The translations under genes were made by a program, and so were the position numbers. Below, piece after piece: positions 59,959 to 64,000 of a DNA stretch of 64,000 nt. Below the pieces are notes generated by a model. The model was not told the DNA's origin and searched no databases. It saw nothing but the letters and a program-made list of their open reading frames with translations. Source of the DNA: an uncultured Gemmatimonadaceae bacterium (GTDB lineage: Bacteria > Gemmatimonadota > Gemmatimonadetes > Gemmatimonadales > Gemmatimonadaceae); assembly GCA_963817955.1 (NCBI GenBank), contig CAWFQK010000002.1, positions 480,001 to 544,000 on the forward strand, read 5' to 3'. Each line of letters starts with the position of its first letter. Within the stretch, counting starts at the first letter, position 1.

Positions 59959-60029
59959 CCCCCCGGTGTCAGGATGGTCTACGTTTGACCGCTTAACCTA
60001 CTGCGGTCGTACGACAACTATCCTGACAC

Positions 60030-60268
60030 CGGGGGATATCGCGCGGCAGTCTGATGACGTATTTCGCGTAGAACAGGGTTCGCTCTACCCCGCACTCGAA
60101 CGCCTGCTCAATAAAGGCTGGGTCACCGTCGAGTGGGCGCAGACGCCGACGAAGCGGCAAGCACGCTATTACACGATCACGCGCGCGGGCCGTAGCCAGC
60201 TCAAGGAACGGGTCGCCGACTACGACCGCGTCGCAATCGCCATCGCCCGCGTGATGGGCAAAGCCTGA
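60030..60268 (+). pseudogene. 5'-truncated PadR-family regulator
   Basis: SDDVFRVEQGSLYPALERL...W...EW...RQARYYTIT.AGR.QL; the usual N-terminal helices are absent. Confidence 0.8.
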
Positions 60269-60273
60269 ACCAC

Positions 60274-62623
60274 ATGTCACGTCTCGACGGACTGCGCCAT
60301 CGACTGCATGTCGTCCTGAAAGGCGAAGACTACGCGCGCGAGATCGAACGTGAGTTGGAATTCCACCTCGAGCTCGAGGCGCTCTCTCGAAGCCGTGACG
60401 GCACGACGCAACTCCAACGAGAGATCGCGGCGCGGCGACTCTTGGGCAACGCTACCTACTATCGAGAAGAGGTGCGTGGACGGACTCTGCTGAGCTGGCT
60501 CGATCGGCTTCGGCAAGACGCTTCATATGCGTGGCGTGGACTCAAACGGTCTCCCGGCTTCACGACCGCCGTCGTCCTCACATTGGCACTGGGGATCGGT
60601 GTCAATACGGCAATGTTTGGTCTGCTGGATCAGTTGTTCGTGCGAGCGCCGGCCGGCGTCTCCGCGGCGAGGGAGATTCGTCGGCTGTACGTGGAGGTCA
60701 GCCGGCCGGACGAGCCCAGTGGTCGGCTCGCGTTCGACAGCTTCAACTATCCTGACTACCGCGCCATCCTTCGTGCAGAAGACTCGACCGCCAGGATCGC
60801 CGCGTTCACCGAGCCCGATTCGACCGCGATCGTCGAGTCGGACGCGAGCATCCCTGTTCGCCGCAGCCTCGTCACGGCGAACTATTTTGGGCTGCTCGGT
60901 GTGCGGCCCGAGCACGGTCGATTCTTCGCCCCGGACGAGGATCGCATCGAACAGCCTACGCGAGTGGTTGTGCTCAGCGATGCGCTCTGGCGATCCGCGT
61001 ATGGGGCCAATGTCGCAACGATCGGCAGGTCGATCGCGATCGACTCACGACCGTACACGGTCATTGGCATCGCGCCGCGCGGTCCCCAACTTGTTGCTCG
61101 TCCGCGCGACAGGCCGGCGTCGCGAGATCGCCGTCCGCCGCGCCCTCGGCGTCTCCACGTCGCGACTCTACGGACAACTGCTCACTGAGAGTATTCTGCT
61201 CAGCGCGCTCGGTGGCGCGGCGGCCGTGTTATTTGCGCTGTGGGCAGGCGCGGCGCTGCGACACCTGCTGCTGCCCAACGTTCACTGGGCGGGCGGTGCA
61301 ACCAGTCTCCGAACGATCGCGTGCGCCGGCGTCGTGAGTCTCGTCGCGGGAATCGCGGCCGGACTTGCACCAGCGGCGCACGCAACCCGCCCGGACTTTG
61401 TCAACTCGCTCAAGGCGGGATCGCGCGATGGATCGTATCAGCGCTCGAAGCTGCGATCAGCCCTCCTTGCCATACAAGCCGGACTCTCCGTCGTACTGCT
61501 CATTGGCGCCGGACTGTTTGTGCGAAGCCTCGACAACGTTCGCGGACTCGATCTCGGATACGACGTCGATCACGTGTTGGCCGTGGAACCAACATTCGCC
61601 GACGCCCCGCCACCGCCCGCTGAGATCGCGGCGGCTCTTTCGGAGATCGCGCAACGACTTCGTACAGCCCCCGGCGTGCAAGCGGTCGCGTACGCGTCGA
61701 GCTCGCCGATGGCCGGCTCCACCTTCGCGGACATCTTTCTCCCGGACCGCGACTCGCTCCCCGCCTTCGGCAACGAGAGCGTGCCATGGATGAACGGCGT
61801 TTCGTCGGACTATTTCCGCGCGTCGGGCGTTCGCCTGATTTCTGGCCGTTCTTTCGATGCAGGCGATCGGCCGAGCGGGGCGGGTGCAGTGGTTGTCAGT
61901 CAAACGATGGCCCGCGTGTATTGGCCGGGACGGAGCGCGCTCGGCAAGTGCATCATCCTGGGCAAACGCAGCAACCCGTGCTCTGTCGTCGTCGGAGTCG
62001 CGGCCGATGTGCACCGCTCTGACCTGATCGAGCAGCCAACGATGCAATACTACGTGCCCGTTGCTGTCACGGGAGCCGGGGCGGCGCGCGAACTGATCGT
62101 CAGGACAACCACGGAGGAGATGCCGGCCGTGAGCCGCGTCGCGGCCCAGGAGCTGAAGAGAGTATTTCCGCGAATGTCAGTCCCGCGGACTCGCTCGATG
62201 ACGAGCATGCTCGATCCACAGTTCAGACCGTGGCGGCTGGGCGCAACGTTGTTCACCGCGTTCGGGGTGCTGGCGGTGCTCGTTGCCGCAGTCGGCGTTT
62301 ACAGCGTCGTCGCCTACGCAGTCAGCCAGCGAACGCACGAAATGGGGATTCGCATTGCGCTCGGTGCGCGGATGAGAGACATCGTGCGGTTGGTGCTCGG
62401 CGAAAGCTCGCGCACCCTGGTGATCGGTATCGTACTCGGCGTCACGGCCGCCATGGGACTGGGCCGACTCGTCGCTTCACTGCTCTACGGCGTGTCACCG
62501 CGTGATCCGCTCGTGATTGCCGGCGCTGCCGGTGTTCTCCTGACGATCGGTCTCGCGGCGAGCGTCGTGCCGAGTTGGCGCGCGGGGCGAGTTGAGCCGA
62601 GTACGGCGCTTCGCGCGGACTGA
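60274..62623 (+). pseudogene. ADOP-like duplicated ABC permease with an internal deletion and frameshift near 61085
   Basis: QDASYAWRGLKRSPGFT...YTVIGIAPRG jumps directly to NLLLVRATGRRREIAVRRALG in another frame; C-terminus intact. Confidence 0.85.
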
Positions 62624-62664
62624 CGGGCGCATGGACGCGCTATTCGACTGAGGACTGTCCCCGG

Positions 62665-63564
62665 TCAGCCAACAGCTACTCGGCATTGACGGTGCGTATC
62701 AATCGCTTGACGCAGAGCGTGAATTACGCAGTCGAGACCACCTCGTTCCCGCACATCGGATGCGCGAAGGCGGGTATAGCGCTTGATCATGTTCCTCAGG
62801 GCGCTATCGGACGGAAAGTCGAGCTGAAACGCAATGGCCTGGATGGTTCGCGAGGTCGTCGACAGCAGCTCAGCCACGACGCACAGGCGGCACCACGCGA
62901 GCAACTCCTGCGGCGGGGGGACCTTCGCTCGCATGCAGTAATTCACCAGTGTCTTGCGATCGTAGCCGAGTGCATCCGCGACTTCCCCCACCCGTTGCAT
63001 TGTAGGATACGAGGTGACGTGTCTGACAAACGGCCAGAGGCGTTCGTCGACAAGGAGCATGATCTGAGCGGCAGCTCGCAGACCCAGCTGAGCCTGTTGA
63101 GCGACGCGTAGTGCCTCGCGCAACGCCACACCCGAGTCGTCAACGCCTTCGAAAATCAGCTCGTGCGCGCCAGCGAGCACCAGAGCTCGGATGTCCGCTG
63201 AATGCTCGGCGCCAGCACGACAGTATGCGATGATGGCGGCCGAGCCTTCGGTGGCGGCCAAGGCGCGGACCACTCCGCACGTGGAGCGACCGTTGCGATC
63301 TCGCATGGCGACGATAATGCCATCCACCCGGTAGGTTGCTGCCCGCGTGATCGCGACGAGATCCTCCGCATCCTCCACGAATTGAATCTCATGTCGACCG
63401 CGAAGCGCCATCGAGATTCGGTTCCGTTGTGCCCCATCGTGGATCAGGGCCAGAACGACCCCAATGCATTGCGGAGAGTGCGAGGCATGCCCACCACGTA
63501 TCGATCCGGCGGCATGTCGGTCCGAATATAGCGTCAGTCGGGACCGCTGTAGTGGATCAGTCAT
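62665..63564 (-). CDS. Receiver-like plus AraC-like HTH regulator
   Basis: VGEVADALGYDRKTL...PPPQELLAWCRL...TIQAIAFQLDFPSDSALRNMIKRYT. Confidence 0.8.
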   Translation of the reverse strand: MTDPLQRSRLTLYSDRHAAGSIRGGHASHSPQCIGVVLALIHDGAQRNRISMALRGRHEIQFVEDAEDLVAITRAATYRVDGIIVAMRDRNGRSTCGVVRALAATEGSAAIIAYCRAGAEHSADIRALVLAGAHELIFEGVDDSGVALREALRVAQQAQLGLRAAAQIMLLVDERLWPFVRHVTSYPTMQRVGEVADALGYDRKTLVNYCMRAKVPPPQELLAWCRLCVVAELLSTTSRTIQAIAFQLDFPSDSALRNMIKRYTRLRASDVRERGGLDCVIHALRQAIDTHRQCRVAVG

Positions 63565-64000
63565 ACGCTTACCAGACATCGCACACGGCCAGCGACCGCT
63601 TCGACGCGTGAGGGCAAGACGCGCTGGAGCGGCGCGGGCACCGGCACATCTGGCAATTGCTCCGCTCGGATCGCAATCTCATGAAAGCCATGTACTTCCG
63701 CGAGGAGAGCTGCCCGGCGTCGAAACGCCGCGGCGCTGGACGCGTCGCCGATGATCGCATGCGCCACTGTGAGGTCCAGCATGGCACTGGCAAGGTCATA
63801 GGGTGCCGAACGAGCACACAGCTCCGTGCGACTGAGGATGTCGCTCGTAACCGTGTGCAGCAGATTGACACGGTTCAGTCGCGCAGCAGCTACAGCCAGC
63901 CCGCCCAACGCAGGCAGCAGCACGCGGTTCGGCGGATCTCGTCGCATGAGGGCAGAGAAAGCGGCGACAGCTGTCTCCGGGTGCCCGGCATCGAGGAACA
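63561..64000 (-). CDS. C-terminus of a helical TPR-like protein; starts beyond the window
   Basis: Frame open to the window end (FLDAGHPETAVAAFS...LPALGGLAVAAAR...ALLAEVHGFHEI); stop overlaps the HTH gene start. Confidence 0.65.
   Translation of the reverse strand, partial: FLDAGHPETAVAAFSALMRRDPPNRVLLPALGGLAVAAARLNRVNLLHTVTSDILSRTELCARSAPYDLASAMLDLTVAHAIIGDASSAAAFRRRAALLAEVHGFHEIAIRAEQLPDVPVPAPLQRVLPSRVEAVAGRVRCLVSV

Overview
High-GC bacterial chromosomal window. Its gene content points to Gemmatimonadota or a relative (inferred): three orphan duplicated ABC permeases, carboxypeptidase-regulatory-like exported proteins and a TPR/HTH pair. The left part (1-28 kb) is mostly intact accessory and metabolic genes: a hybrid kinase, orphan norQ/norD, Tat-exported DUF362, cysteine synthase, a 2-oxoacid oxidoreductase operon with a GltD-like/delta fusion subunit, MscS and bactofilin. 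The middle part (28.9-39.8 kb) is the most interesting locus. It joins ergothioneine genes egtB-egtD to an arsenosugar-type gene set (TIGR04282-like and TIGR04283-like transferases, ArsS-like radical SAM enzyme, atypical metallophosphoesterase, MFS transporter, flavin disulfide reductase, TVP38) and ends in a hidden GrdB/PrdB-like selenoprotein with an in-frame UGA, a UxxC motif and a SECIS-like hairpin. A nested MITE/REP element sits exactly in the TTAG shared by two convergent stop codons of this cluster. The right part (40-62 kb) is a decaying defence and toxin-antitoxin island: Xre-RES, ParE-type and HipBA modules, a type I R-M system with three cargo genes, a ~1.3 kb degenerate 21-nt-period array and many gene fragments. 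Several single-base frameshifts could be long-read assembly errors. No rRNA, tRNA or CRISPR array was seen. All family assignments come from motif recognition by eye, not database searches.
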